Part shown: positions 1-9,042 of the stretch, one piece after another
Layout: each line of letters begins with the position of its first letter
Numbering within the stretch: position 1 is the stretch's first letter
Source: Clostridia bacterium
GTDB lineage: Bacteria; Bacillota; Clostridia; Oscillospirales; CAG-272
Assembly (NCBI GenBank): GCA_017420755.1
Contig: JAFQOG010000016.1
Location: forward strand, 5,768-69,767
Length of the DNA: 64,000 bases
Direction: 5' to 3'
Notes under the pieces: generated by a model
What the model was told of the DNA's origin: nothing
Database searches by the model: none
What the model saw: the letters and a program-made list of their open reading frames with translations, nothing else
Program-made: the position numbers and the translations under genes

Positions 1-1
1 A

Positions 2-694
2 TCCGCTATCGAGTTTGCCGATGTTTCAGCCGGTGACATTCTTACCCCTCGTGTAGATATTTGTGCAATTGCCAAGGATACAAGTATTGAGGAAATCGCA
101 AAAATATTCATTGAAAATGCGTATTCAAGACTTCCCGTGTATAACGAGGATATCGACGATATAATAGGAATTTTACACGAAAAGGACTTTTTTGTTGCAT
201 ACCACAATAATAACAAAACAATAACTAAATATCTTCAAAAGCCCGTGCATGTGTCTGAGCATATAAAAATTGCTGATCTTATGCAGGTTTTGAAGGCTAA
301 GAAGTGCCATATGGCAATCGTAGTTGACGAGTTTGGTGGAACTATGGGTATTGTCACAATGGAGGATATAATCGAGGAGCTTATCGGCGATGTGTTTGAC
401 GAGCATGATGAGGTAACCGAGGATTACAAGGAGCAAGACGATGGAAGCTTTGTTGTAAAATGCTCAGCCGACCTTGACGATTTCATCGAGAAATTCAATC
501 TAAAAATAAGAGATGACGAGGATATGCCTCAAACTCTAAACGGACTTATCATGAAGGTTCTTGAAACCTTCCCTAAGGTTGGAGATACCTTTGATTATCA
601 AAGCCTTAGCATCGAGGTAAGAAAGATCGGTACAAAGAGAGTTGAAGAGGTAATCGTTACACAAAAAGAGCCCGAAGAGGACGAAGACGATTAA
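2..694 (+). CDS. HlyC/CorC-family CBS-domain transporter-associated protein (5' partial)
   Basis: Frame is open from base 2 (SAIEFADVSAGDILTPRVDI...YSRLPVY); CBS motif 'MAIVVDEFGGTMGIVTMEDIIEELIG'; C-terminal CorC_HlyC domain. Confidence 0.9.
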   Translation, partial: SAIEFADVSAGDILTPRVDICAIAKDTSIEEIAKIFIENAYSRLPVYNEDIDDIIGILHEKDFFVAYHNNNKTITKYLQKPVHVSEHIKIADLMQVLKAKKCHMAIVVDEFGGTMGIVTMEDIIEELIGDVFDEHDEVTEDYKEQDDGSFVVKCSADLDDFIEKFNLKIRDDEDMPQTLNGLIMKVLETFPKVGDTFDYQSLSIEVRKIGTKRVEEVIVTQKEPEEDEDD

Positions 695-695
695 A

Positions 696-1274
696 ATGAA
701 TGTATTTGATTTTGATGGAACAATATATCATGGCGATAGCTCAAAGGACTTTTTCTTCTATTGCTTAAAGCACTATCCTAAAACAAGAGGGAAAATTTTC
801 CCTGTAATTTGGTATGGCGCAGGCTTTGGACTAAGAATTGTAAAGAAGAAAACCTTCAAGCAAAAGCTATTCAGCATAGTAACAAAAATACCCGACATAG
901 ATAAAGCGGTTCTTGATTTTTGGCAAGAAAACAAAAAGAAAATCAAAAAATGGTATATGGAAATGAAAGAGCCAACGGATATAATCATTTCCGCATCACC
1001 CGAATTTCTTCTTGCCCCAATCTGTGCCGAGCTTGGTGTTGAGTGTATGATGGCAACCAAGGTAGATAAGACCACAGGACTTTTTGATGGCGAAAATTGC
1101 CACGGAAAGCAAAAGGTGACTCGCTTCTACGAAAGATATCCCGACGCAGAAATTGATAGCTTTTATTCCGATATGTATTGTGATACGCCTCTTGCATTGA
1201 TTGCTAAGCAAGCATTCATTGTAAAGGGAGAAAGGCTCAGCCCTTGGAAGTTTAAGAAAAAGAATATAAAATAA
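696..1274 (+). CDS. HAD-IB family phosphatase
   Basis: Motif I 'FDFDGT', motif II 'IISAS', motif IV 'YSDMYCD'. Confidence 0.85.
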   Translation: MNVFDFDGTIYHGDSSKDFFFYCLKHYPKTRGKIFPVIWYGAGFGLRIVKKKTFKQKLFSIVTKIPDIDKAVLDFWQENKKKIKKWYMEMKEPTDIIISASPEFLLAPICAELGVECMMATKVDKTTGLFDGENCHGKQKVTRFYERYPDAEIDSFYSDMYCDTPLALIAKQAFIVKGERLSPWKFKKKNIK

Positions 1275-1277
1275 ACC

Positions 1278-1302
1278 AAAAGCCAGCTTTTAGCTGGCTT
1301 TT
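1278..1302 (+). terminator. Intrinsic terminator
   Basis: AAAAGCCAGCT-ttt-AGCTGGCTTTT hairpin after the HAD gene. Confidence 0.8.
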
Positions 1303-1408
1303 GTGAATAAATAGAGAAAATTATATGATAACTTTGCAAACTCTATTTACAAAATCTCAAAAATATTGTAAACTAATAGTAGAAAACTAACAGTAAAGGA
1401 GAAAATTC

Positions 1409-2539
1409 GTGAAAAAAGCACTAGCCTTAATGCTGGCAATAATAATGCTTTTGTCCTTGCTTATATCATGCGACGATGAGCAAACCTCGTCGTCAAGCGA
1501 AAGCGAAGCAGAGCCACAAATTTCGTTTCCCTATATCGATGGTGACGGTTTCCCTGTATTTAGAAACGCAACCGATACATATAAATATATAAATGTTCAA
1601 GCAAAAGAGGAGCTACCATATAACGCTCTTGACACCATTCTTGTTTCATCATATGAGGATATGCATACATTCGCTTTGCAAAACCTTAATCAATCAAGCG
1701 TAAACGGAATTGATGAAACGGTTTTTACAGATCATTTTATTCTTGCCGTATATCGTGATAACAACCGTAAGATGAAGGAGTATTATTGTTATAGTAATCT
1801 TACCCCTCACAAAACGATAAACAACTACTATCAGCTAGATTTTGAGTATGTGTCATATCTTGACAAGGGCTATACAATGGAGATCGCTCCAAACACCTTT
1901 GATTTAGTTGTTGTGCCTATGCCAAAGACCGACGAAGGTATCAATGAGGTAACATCAAGGTCAACAATAGGCATAAGACAGGCAAGACACGAGTATTCGT
2001 TGAGGATTAGCTCAAGCGCACCCGATAATGACATTGATTTAACATTGAATAAGCCAAAAATCATTCGTGATCAATATGGCACAATGGATTTTAAATCCAT
2101 AAACGAACAGATGCAATCTATCGTTGTAAGAACCAAGTTTTTCGATGAGCCCGAGGGCTTTGAGGAGTTTAAAAATGTGTTCAAAAAAGAGCTTATCGTT
2201 GATTACGACACCTTCGTATCACGCCTTACCGCATATACCGATAACGCAAGCCATAATATAATAACTGCCGAGACCTTTAATAATCATTATGTCTATGTTA
2301 CAAGTGGAAGATACAGTAGCGTAGGCGATTTGAAAAAGCATGACGACTATTATATGCTTGATAGCGAGATCGTGAGTGGCGGATACGATTGGACAGACGA
2401 CATAAAGCCTATACTAATCACATTCATTTTGCTCCCAAAGGAAAAAATAGATACTCCGGAGGACTTTACTCTTCATTTTCGTTCAATAGTACATTACTAT
2501 CAATTTGTGATGGATAACGCAGAGAATAACCCATTTTAA
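1409..2539 (+). CDS. Hypothetical lipoprotein with Ser/Glu tether and two tandem (PrcB_C-like) domains
   Basis: AAGGAG RBS, GTG start, lipobox LLISC (Cys21); internal duplication visible in the protein. Confidence 0.7.
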   Translation: MKKALALMLAIIMLLSLLISCDDEQTSSSSESEAEPQISFPYIDGDGFPVFRNATDTYKYINVQAKEELPYNALDTILVSSYEDMHTFALQNLNQSSVNGIDETVFTDHFILAVYRDNNRKMKEYYCYSNLTPHKTINNYYQLDFEYVSYLDKGYTMEIAPNTFDLVVVPMPKTDEGINEVTSRSTIGIRQARHEYSLRISSSAPDNDIDLTLNKPKIIRDQYGTMDFKSINEQMQSIVVRTKFFDEPEGFEEFKNVFKKELIVDYDTFVSRLTAYTDNASHNIITAETFNNHYVYVTSGRYSSVGDLKKHDDYYMLDSEIVSGGYDWTDDIKPILITFILLPKEKIDTPEDFTLHFRSIVHYYQFVMDNAENNPF

Positions 2540-2544
2540 AAATC

Positions 2545-2572
2545 AAAAGACTGTTGCGAGCAACAGTCTTTT
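2545..2572. terminator. Bidirectional intrinsic terminator
   Basis: AAAAGACTGTTGC-ga-GCAACAGTCTTTT between convergent genes. Confidence 0.85.
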
Positions 2573-2574
2573 CT

Positions 2575-3093
2575 TTATATAGTCCTTTTTTCCTCTAGCC
2601 TTAAAAGGAGCTTGTATAGAGGAATAACCAACAAGGAGCAAGCTACATTTCCACACATATGCACCACATCCCAAGGAAGTCCTGCAATAATCCAAGCAAT
2701 CATTCCTTGAAAATCAAGCCCAAAAAGCAGAGCCTGTGAGGGTGCGTAGAGAATACCAAACAAAATGCCGTGTAACCCACATGCAACGGTTGATATAATA
2801 CCCTTAAGCTTAAATGAAGCTCCCTTAGGAATTAGCATGGCAAATAGCCATATGAATATCCATATATATATGTAAGGTATCCACCACAAGCTAAACCCGT
2901 TAAAAACGCCTAAAATCACTACATAAATATAAATAGGAATAAGCGCCCTCGCCCTGTAAACAAGCGTATAAACAACAATCAACATGGCAAGAGGGTGAAT
3001 GTTGGGCAAAAAATCGAACGCTATATCTGCAACAAAGAGCAACGCTCCAAGCATTGAAAAAATAACAAGATCAACAATTTTTGATTTTTTCAT
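2575..3093 (-). CDS. ECF transporter S component (CbrT-like)
   Basis: 172 aa, about 6 TM, 'FLPNIHP' loop; translationally coupled to the upstream cyclophilin gene (TAATG). Confidence 0.7.
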   Translation of the reverse strand: MKKSKIVDLVIFSMLGALLFVADIAFDFLPNIHPLAMLIVVYTLVYRARALIPIYIYVVILGVFNGFSLWWIPYIYIWIFIWLFAMLIPKGASFKLKGIISTVACGLHGILFGILYAPSQALLFGLDFQGMIAWIIAGLPWDVVHMCGNVACSLLVIPLYKLLLRLEEKRTI

Positions 3094-3563
3094 TAAATAA
3101 GAGAAACCTTTTTCATGCGCATATCAATAATCGGTCTGTCATTTGGCCCTGTCTTAACAGAAGCAATCTCGTCAACTACTTCCATTCCGGAAACGACTCT
3201 TCCAAACGCTGCGTATTGACCATCAAGGAACTTTCCGTCAGCATGCATAATAAAGAATTGTGATGATGCTGAGTTTGGCATTTGGCTTCTAGCCATAGAA
3301 ATAACGCCTCTAACATGAGAAATGTCATTGTTGTAGCCATTAGCCCTAAACTCGCCAACAATCTTTTCGCTAGCGCCACCAAAGCCTGTGCCAAGTGGGT
3401 CGCCACCTTGAATCATAAAGCCGGAGATAACTCTGTGGAAGATAAGGCCATCATAAAAGCCCTCTGAAACTAGCTTTTTGAAGTTTGCGACAGTAATAGG
3501 AGCCTTGTCCTCGTAAAGCTCTATATCAATGATACCGCCGTTTTCCATTTCGATTCTAACCAT
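3093..3563 (-). CDS. ppiB: Cyclophilin-type peptidyl-prolyl cis-trans isomerase
   Basis: 'FYDGLIFHRVISGFMIQGGDP', 'SASSQFFI', 'LDGQYAAFGRV'; start set at the ATG after the GAGGTG RBS. Confidence 0.93.
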   Translation of the reverse strand: MVRIEMENGGIIDIELYEDKAPITVANFKKLVSEGFYDGLIFHRVISGFMIQGGDPLGTGFGGASEKIVGEFRANGYNNDISHVRGVISMARSQMPNSASSQFFIMHADGKFLDGQYAAFGRVVSGMEVVDEIASVKTGPNDRPIIDMRMKKVSLI

Positions 3564-3684
3564 AATAAACACCTCGTAAAAATAATTATATAAATATATT
3601 GTAGCAGACAATTCCTTAAAAGTCAAACAATTTGTTTAATAAATCTAAAAAATGTTAAATATATTTTATAAGAGAGGTGAGAAA

Positions 3685-4773
3685 ATGGAAAAATATAAAA
3701 AAAGCGCCTACATAGGCATTAATATTGTAATTTATTTAGCGCTTTCATATGTGCTTTTGCGCTACGCCTTGAGTATAATTTTGCCCTTCGCAATCTCTTT
3801 TTTGATAGTTAGCATTTCACGCCCACTTGTAAATAAAATATCAAAGCACACAAGAGTTCCCAAGGGCGTAATAAGTCTTTTTGTTATAGGCATAATTTTA
3901 GTCGCTCTAATTTACTTAATGATTTTAGCATCGAGCGCTCTGCTTGACCAAATAGGAAGCATTATTTCTAAAATTGCGGAGCATTTAGGACAAGAGAATA
4001 ATTATATAAATAGCACCCTGTCAGCCCTCGAGGAGCTGATGAGTAAGTTTCCATTTTTGAAAGGAAGCATAGAGCAGAACAGCTCAATATATTCAATCGC
4101 TCTTGAAATGGCAACAAACGCAATAACCGCTCTTAGCTCTCGAATAACCCTCGCCCTTGGAAAAATAATAGCCTCAATGCCCGAAATGGTCGTTACTGTG
4201 GTGGTTATCTTGCTTTCGCTATTCTATTTTTCAAAGGACTATAAAAAAATCACAAGCGCCCTAATCTCTAAATTGCCAACACCTGTAAAAGAGAAGCTAC
4301 CACGCGTAAAGAAGGACATACTTCTTGTGATTTCAAGCTTTGTTCGCTCATATATAATTATATTTTTCATCACCTTTGCACAGGTCTTTTGTGGGCTTTT
4401 AATATTAAAGGTTGAAAACGCCTTCGCTATCTCCATAATCGTCGCCTTAGTCGATATTTTACCTGTGCTTGGAGTTGGAATTGTACTAGTTCCATGGTCG
4501 CTTGTAGCACTTGCAATGCAAAATACCACTCTTGGAATTGGACTTCTTGTTTTGTTTTCTGTTGTGTATGTTGTAAGGCAAATAATAGAGCCTAGAATAG
4601 TTAGCTCTCAAATGAATGTTCATCCCCTTATCGCAATATTCGCCATGTACGCAGGACTAAAAATAGCAGGAATAGGTGGTATGATAATAGCCCCGTTTTT
4701 TGCATTTTCAGCTAAAACAATTTACGATGGATTAAAAAATGAGAGCGAAAAACAAAAAGAGGTTGAAAAATAG
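3685..4773 (+). CDS. ytvI: Sporulation integral membrane protein YtvI (AI-2E family)
   Basis: 'VDILPVLGVGIVLVPW', 'VRQIIEPRIVS', 'HPL' motifs; multi-TM. Confidence 0.85.
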   Translation: MEKYKKSAYIGINIVIYLALSYVLLRYALSIILPFAISFLIVSISRPLVNKISKHTRVPKGVISLFVIGIILVALIYLMILASSALLDQIGSIISKIAEHLGQENNYINSTLSALEELMSKFPFLKGSIEQNSSIYSIALEMATNAITALSSRITLALGKIIASMPEMVVTVVVILLSLFYFSKDYKKITSALISKLPTPVKEKLPRVKKDILLVISSFVRSYIIIFFITFAQVFCGLLILKVENAFAISIIVALVDILPVLGVGIVLVPWSLVALAMQNTTLGIGLLVLFSVVYVVRQIIEPRIVSSQMNVHPLIAIFAMYAGLKIAGIGGMIIAPFFAFSAKTIYDGLKNESEKQKEVEK

Positions 4774-4824
4774 AAAAATCTGTGATAATATATATATAAT
4801 TATTAAAAATCACAGGAGATATCT

Positions 4825-5829
4825 ATGTATAACGATAAAAAGGTTGTCTTTTCCGGAGTACAACCATCAGGAAACCTCACAATAGGAAACTACCTCGGCG
4901 CAATTCGTAATTTTAGCGCGTTTTCAGATGAATATCATTGTTATTATTGCGTTGTTGATATGCACGCAATAACCGTAAGACAAAATCCCGCGGAGCTAAG
5001 ACGCAGAACCTACGAAACCCTAGCACTTTATATGGCGTGTGGTCTTGATCCCGATAAAAATACATTGTTCATTCAAAGCCATGTTCCACAGCATGCAGAG
5101 CTTGGTTGGATTCTCGATTGCTATACCATGTTTGGTGAGCTATCTCGAATGACTCAATTTAAGGATAAGAGCGCGAAGAACGCAGATAATATAAACGCCG
5201 GCTTGTTCACATATCCTGCCCTTATGGCTGCCGACATTCTTTTGTATCAAACAGAGCTAGTTCCTGTTGGAATTGACCAAAAGCAACATCTAGAGCTTGC
5301 AAGAGATATCGCAAATCGCTTTAATCAGGTGTATGGCGAAACCTTTGTAGTTCCTGAGGGCTACATACCAAGAGAGGGCGCAAAAATTTGCTCTCTTCAA
5401 GACCCAACAAAGAAAATGAGCAAGTCAGATACAAACGAAAACGCAGTGGTTAGAATTCTTGATACAAAGGACGATATTATAAGAAAGTTCAAAAGAGCAG
5501 TAACAGACTCTGATAATAGAATTATCTTCGCTGAGGATAAGCCCGGAATTTCTAATCTCTTGACAATTTATTCATGCATGACAGGTAAAACAATAGAGGA
5601 GGCGCAGGCTCAATTCAACGGAATGGGCTATGGCGATTTCAAAATTGCGGTTGGCGAAACAGTAGCAGACGGACTCGCTCCCGTGCGTGAGGAATTTGCA
5701 AGACTTATGGCAGATAAGGCATATCTTGAGCAGATAATGAAGCAGGGCGCAGAGGAAGCATATCGTAATGCAAGGCGTACAATGTCAAAGGTAAGACGCA
5801 AAATCGGCTTTACCGAAATTAAACATTAA
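4825..5829 (+). CDS. trpS: Tryptophan--tRNA ligase
   Basis: 'SGVQPSGNLTIGNYLGA', 'VPVGIDQKQHLE', 'KMSKS'. Confidence 0.97.
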   Translation: MYNDKKVVFSGVQPSGNLTIGNYLGAIRNFSAFSDEYHCYYCVVDMHAITVRQNPAELRRRTYETLALYMACGLDPDKNTLFIQSHVPQHAELGWILDCYTMFGELSRMTQFKDKSAKNADNINAGLFTYPALMAADILLYQTELVPVGIDQKQHLELARDIANRFNQVYGETFVVPEGYIPREGAKICSLQDPTKKMSKSDTNENAVVRILDTKDDIIRKFKRAVTDSDNRIIFAEDKPGISNLLTIYSCMTGKTIEEAQAQFNGMGYGDFKIAVGETVADGLAPVREEFARLMADKAYLEQIMKQGAEEAYRNARRTMSKVRRKIGFTEIKH

Positions 5830-5835
5830 AAACTA

Positions 5836-5874
5836 AGACACATTCCAAAAAACCGAGGAATGTGTCTGTTTTTT
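5836..5874 (+). terminator. Intrinsic terminator after trpS
   Basis: AGACACATTCC-N10-GGAATGTGTCT followed by a T tract. Confidence 0.75.
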
Positions 5875-5879
5875 GTATT

Positions 5880-6081
5880 TCAACTAAAAGTTGAGTGCGA
5901 AATTTGTTGTGGCGATAACCCTTAAATTAAAGTAAATTTAAACTTGACAAAATCAAGTAAGAGTAGTATACTATTTTATAAATACTAATATAGATTGCAC
6001 GCAAAATATTAAAAAAACGCACGCACAAGCGCAAAAAAAGGGCAATTCAACTAAAAGTGGAGGATTTCAACTTTTAGTTGG
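5880..6081. promoter_or_regulatory. Three TCAACT-N3-AGTTGA-type operator palindromes and sigmaA promoter upstream of the XRE gene
   Basis: Sites 5880-5894 TCAACTAAAAGTTGA, 6047-6061 TCAACTAAAAGTGGA, 6067-6081 TCAACTTTTAGTTGG; TTGACA-N17-TATACT at 5944-5972. Confidence 0.7.
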
Positions 6082-6167
6082 TTGATTTCTCGACATTGGT
6101 GTGCTATTGTAGAAGGTGCAAGGACGACGGTGAAAATCACTGCGTTAAAGTTTAGGAGGAAAGATAA

Positions 6168-7088
6168 ATGACACTTGGCGAAAAAATAGCTATGTACCGA
6201 AAAAATAACGGTATGACACAGCAAGAGCTTGGCGAACGCTTGAACATTAGTGCACAAGCAGTTTCAAAATGGGAGAACGATTTGTCCGAACCGGACATTG
6301 CAACATTGAAAAGAATTGCTGAGCTTTTCCGCGTATCCTTGGTTGAGCTTCTTGATATAGAGGACTCGCAAGAAAGCGACGATGGCGCGAATGCTACACC
6401 TGTAATAGGAGAGCAAGAGGTGGACGGAATGGCCACAAGAATTACAGGAGCAGTAATTGAGGAAATCAACACAACAAGAGCTCTTGGCTATTGCACAGTC
6501 TGTGGAATAGCGGTAACTGAGGAAAATCTAGGAGAAAAAGAGCCTAAGGTTTTGTGCTCACATTGTCTTGAGGATAGAATAGAGGCAGAGGATAGAGCAA
6601 GACGCGAGGAGCGCGAGGCACACGAGCGTGAGGTGCGTCACGAGGAATACACAAGAAGCAGAATGCGCGTTAAGAGAAACGCTAGTATAATCACAGGACT
6701 TATAATAGGAGTAGCACTTATGATTTTGTGCATTATAGGCTCTGAAAGCATAGGCTCCGGCATAGGCATAGGACTTGTTATAGGCTATATGGGATTTGCA
6801 TTTACAGCTCAAATGTTCTTTGATGGAGTTGTAAGAAATGTATTGTTTGATATGGCTGAAAAATCCTTCCATTTCCCGGGACTTATCTTTACCTTTGATA
6901 TAGATGGAATAATTTGGCTAATTTGTATGAAGATACTATTCGCAATTATCGGCTTCCTCGGCGCAATCCTATTTGCGATCCTTGGATTTGTAGTTGCGTT
7001 TATTATAGCTCCATTCGTTTATCCATTCAGCCTTATTCGTCAAAATAAATCAATAAGAGAATGTGATACAGTTGATTTTGATATGTAA
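6168..7088 (+). CDS. Membrane-anchored XRE-family HTH regulator with zinc ribbon
   Basis: HTH 'MTQQELGERLNISAQAVSKWENDLSEPDI'; CTVC...CSHC; charged helix; about 4 C-terminal TM segments. Confidence 0.85.
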   Translation: MTLGEKIAMYRKNNGMTQQELGERLNISAQAVSKWENDLSEPDIATLKRIAELFRVSLVELLDIEDSQESDDGANATPVIGEQEVDGMATRITGAVIEEINTTRALGYCTVCGIAVTEENLGEKEPKVLCSHCLEDRIEAEDRARREEREAHEREVRHEEYTRSRMRVKRNASIITGLIIGVALMILCIIGSESIGSGIGIGLVIGYMGFAFTAQMFFDGVVRNVLFDMAEKSFHFPGLIFTFDIDGIIWLICMKILFAIIGFLGAILFAILGFVVAFIIAPFVYPFSLIRQNKSIRECDTVDFDM

Positions 7089-7126
7089 TACATAACTATT
7101 TATTTTCTAACACAAAGGAGAACAGA

Positions 7127-8998
7127 ATGAAAAAATTATTATGCATTATGATTGCGCTCCTCGCTTGTCTTTTATTAATGGCTTGCGACAATAATGACGA
7201 AACTCAAAGCTCAAGTGAAAGCTCAAGCTCCGAGAGTGAAGCGGGTAGCGAAAGCGAAAAGGAAGAACAGTCAGACTCTGACACAAACGATGAAACTCAA
7301 AGCACAGCGCCCACAAAATACACTATTAAATGGTTTGACGAGGGCGGAAATCTGTTAAAGAGTGAATCGGTTACAGAGGGAGAAATCCCATCATATATTT
7401 ATTCGGTTGAAGATACTGCCGAGTGGGACTATACCGTAAAGGGTTGGAGTAAAACCAGTGGCGGAGCTGTATTAGGCAATATTCCAAGTGCAACAGAGGA
7501 TGCTTCCTATTATTCTATTGTGGAAAAGGTAAAACAGAAATACACAGTAAAGTTCAATTCCAATGGCGGAAGCACAGTTCAGTCTCAAACCGTAGAATAT
7601 GGAGCCTTGGCATCTAAGCCCGAGGATCCGGAATTTGAAGGTCATAAATTCATGGGCTGGTATGTGGATAAAAACGGAACAAATGGTGTTGATTTTACTG
7701 CTCCTATAACAGGTGAGGTTGAATATTTTGCCGTTTGGAATACAACAGTTGATGCAAAGGCATTACTTAGCACATTACTTAACGGATATAAGGCAAATCC
7801 GTATAGCTATCTCCCTGAAAGCATGCGTCCTGATTTCAGCGCGAATTTAGTTGACGAGGAGGATGTTGTAAGCGATTTTTCAAGCTTCGTTAATGTTTCC
7901 GACATTACATATGGCTATGGTGAGCAATATCATATGATTCTTGAAAATATACAGCAGTCACAAACATTCTTCAATGTATTGACGGTTGTTGAGAGCATTT
8001 CAAGCGCATCAATTACTGCCTTTAATAATTATATTGATAAAAACCCTGCAAGCACAGCGCATTACGCATTTGAAAATGGTATTTATAACATTACAATCGA
8101 TGTTAGTGAGGAAACGGTTTCTTATGTGGTTGATTACTCTGCAACACTTCCTGCGTTGGGCGAGCAGACTATTCAAATAGCGTTGACAATGGATATAGAA
8201 ACAGGCGAAAAGGGTGTTAGAATACAGCTCGGAGATGCTAATGCTCTTGCATATACCATTACTGAAAATTCATATGAATTTGCCATTAAATATTTGGGTG
8301 TAAGACGCGCTATGTTCTCCGTTTGCAAGAATAGCGATGGAACAGTTAATGGTTCTATTTACGAATATCTTACTGTTTCAGGCGCCGAAATATCAAGCTG
8401 TGCAGAGTTCTATATTACAGAGGATTATGTATCGGTTGTTGGAAATAAGGCGAGCGGAATGGTTGGCTTCACGGGTACAATTGTTGAGCTTTATGATACC
8501 GATACAGGAAAACTTTTGGGATATGAGGTTAGCGAAACTCTTTCCGCTATAAAATATGATACATTGTGGTTCAATTTGAATGATATCGACGGAATCAATT
8601 CCCTTAAGTATCAGCCTAAGGATGAAGATAATGACGCAAAGCTTTTCGTAAACGGCTCATCATCTGCGTGGGAAGCCAAGAAGGTTCTTCTTTCGAGACG
8701 ATTTGATATTGAGTTTAGAACACAGTTCGTTTATTCCTACGATGCTACCGAGGAAACATATGTTGTTCATGAGATTCAAGTTCCTATGATATTCGTTCAA
8801 GAGAAAAATTACGAAACCTTTGTAGAAGATGTAGAGGCAACTAACGATATAACTATAAGCGTTGATGTTTCCGATAGCGATCTTAACCAGCTTCTCGATG
8901 ATTACGATGAATTGATTCCCGAATTTATCGAAAATAAAGAGAACATGAGCGTCGATGTGATTCTTGCATATCTTGGCGACAAAATTGTATTTGAATAA
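7127..8998 (+). CDS. Lipoprotein with InlB B-repeat (Flg_new)-like domains and unknown C-terminal domain
   Basis: Lipobox LLMAC (Cys20); 'YTVKFNSNGGS...KPEDPEFEGHKFMGWY...YFAVW'. Confidence 0.75.
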   Translation: MKKLLCIMIALLACLLLMACDNNDETQSSSESSSSESEAGSESEKEEQSDSDTNDETQSTAPTKYTIKWFDEGGNLLKSESVTEGEIPSYIYSVEDTAEWDYTVKGWSKTSGGAVLGNIPSATEDASYYSIVEKVKQKYTVKFNSNGGSTVQSQTVEYGALASKPEDPEFEGHKFMGWYVDKNGTNGVDFTAPITGEVEYFAVWNTTVDAKALLSTLLNGYKANPYSYLPESMRPDFSANLVDEEDVVSDFSSFVNVSDITYGYGEQYHMILENIQQSQTFFNVLTVVESISSASITAFNNYIDKNPASTAHYAFENGIYNITIDVSEETVSYVVDYSATLPALGEQTIQIALTMDIETGEKGVRIQLGDANALAYTITENSYEFAIKYLGVRRAMFSVCKNSDGTVNGSIYEYLTVSGAEISSCAEFYITEDYVSVVGNKASGMVGFTGTIVELYDTDTGKLLGYEVSETLSAIKYDTLWFNLNDIDGINSLKYQPKDEDNDAKLFVNGSSSAWEAKKVLLSRRFDIEFRTQFVYSYDATEETYVVHEIQVPMIFVQEKNYETFVEDVEATNDITISVDVSDSDLNQLLDDYDELIPEFIENKENMSVDVILAYLGDKIVFE

Positions 8999-9011
8999 AA
9001 TAATTAAAAAC

Positions 9012-9038
9012 AAAAGCTCCGAATTTATCGGAGCTTTT
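9012..9038. terminator. Bidirectional intrinsic terminator
   Basis: AAAAGCTCCGA-attta-TCGGAGCTTTT. Confidence 0.85.
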
Positions 9039-9042
9039 AATT

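Noticed and set aside
4760-4824. T-box leader for trpS (and for proS at 29373-29397)
   Set aside because: Only about 30-50 nt are available and there is no T-box or terminator motif; trpS appears to have a plain sigmaA promoter.
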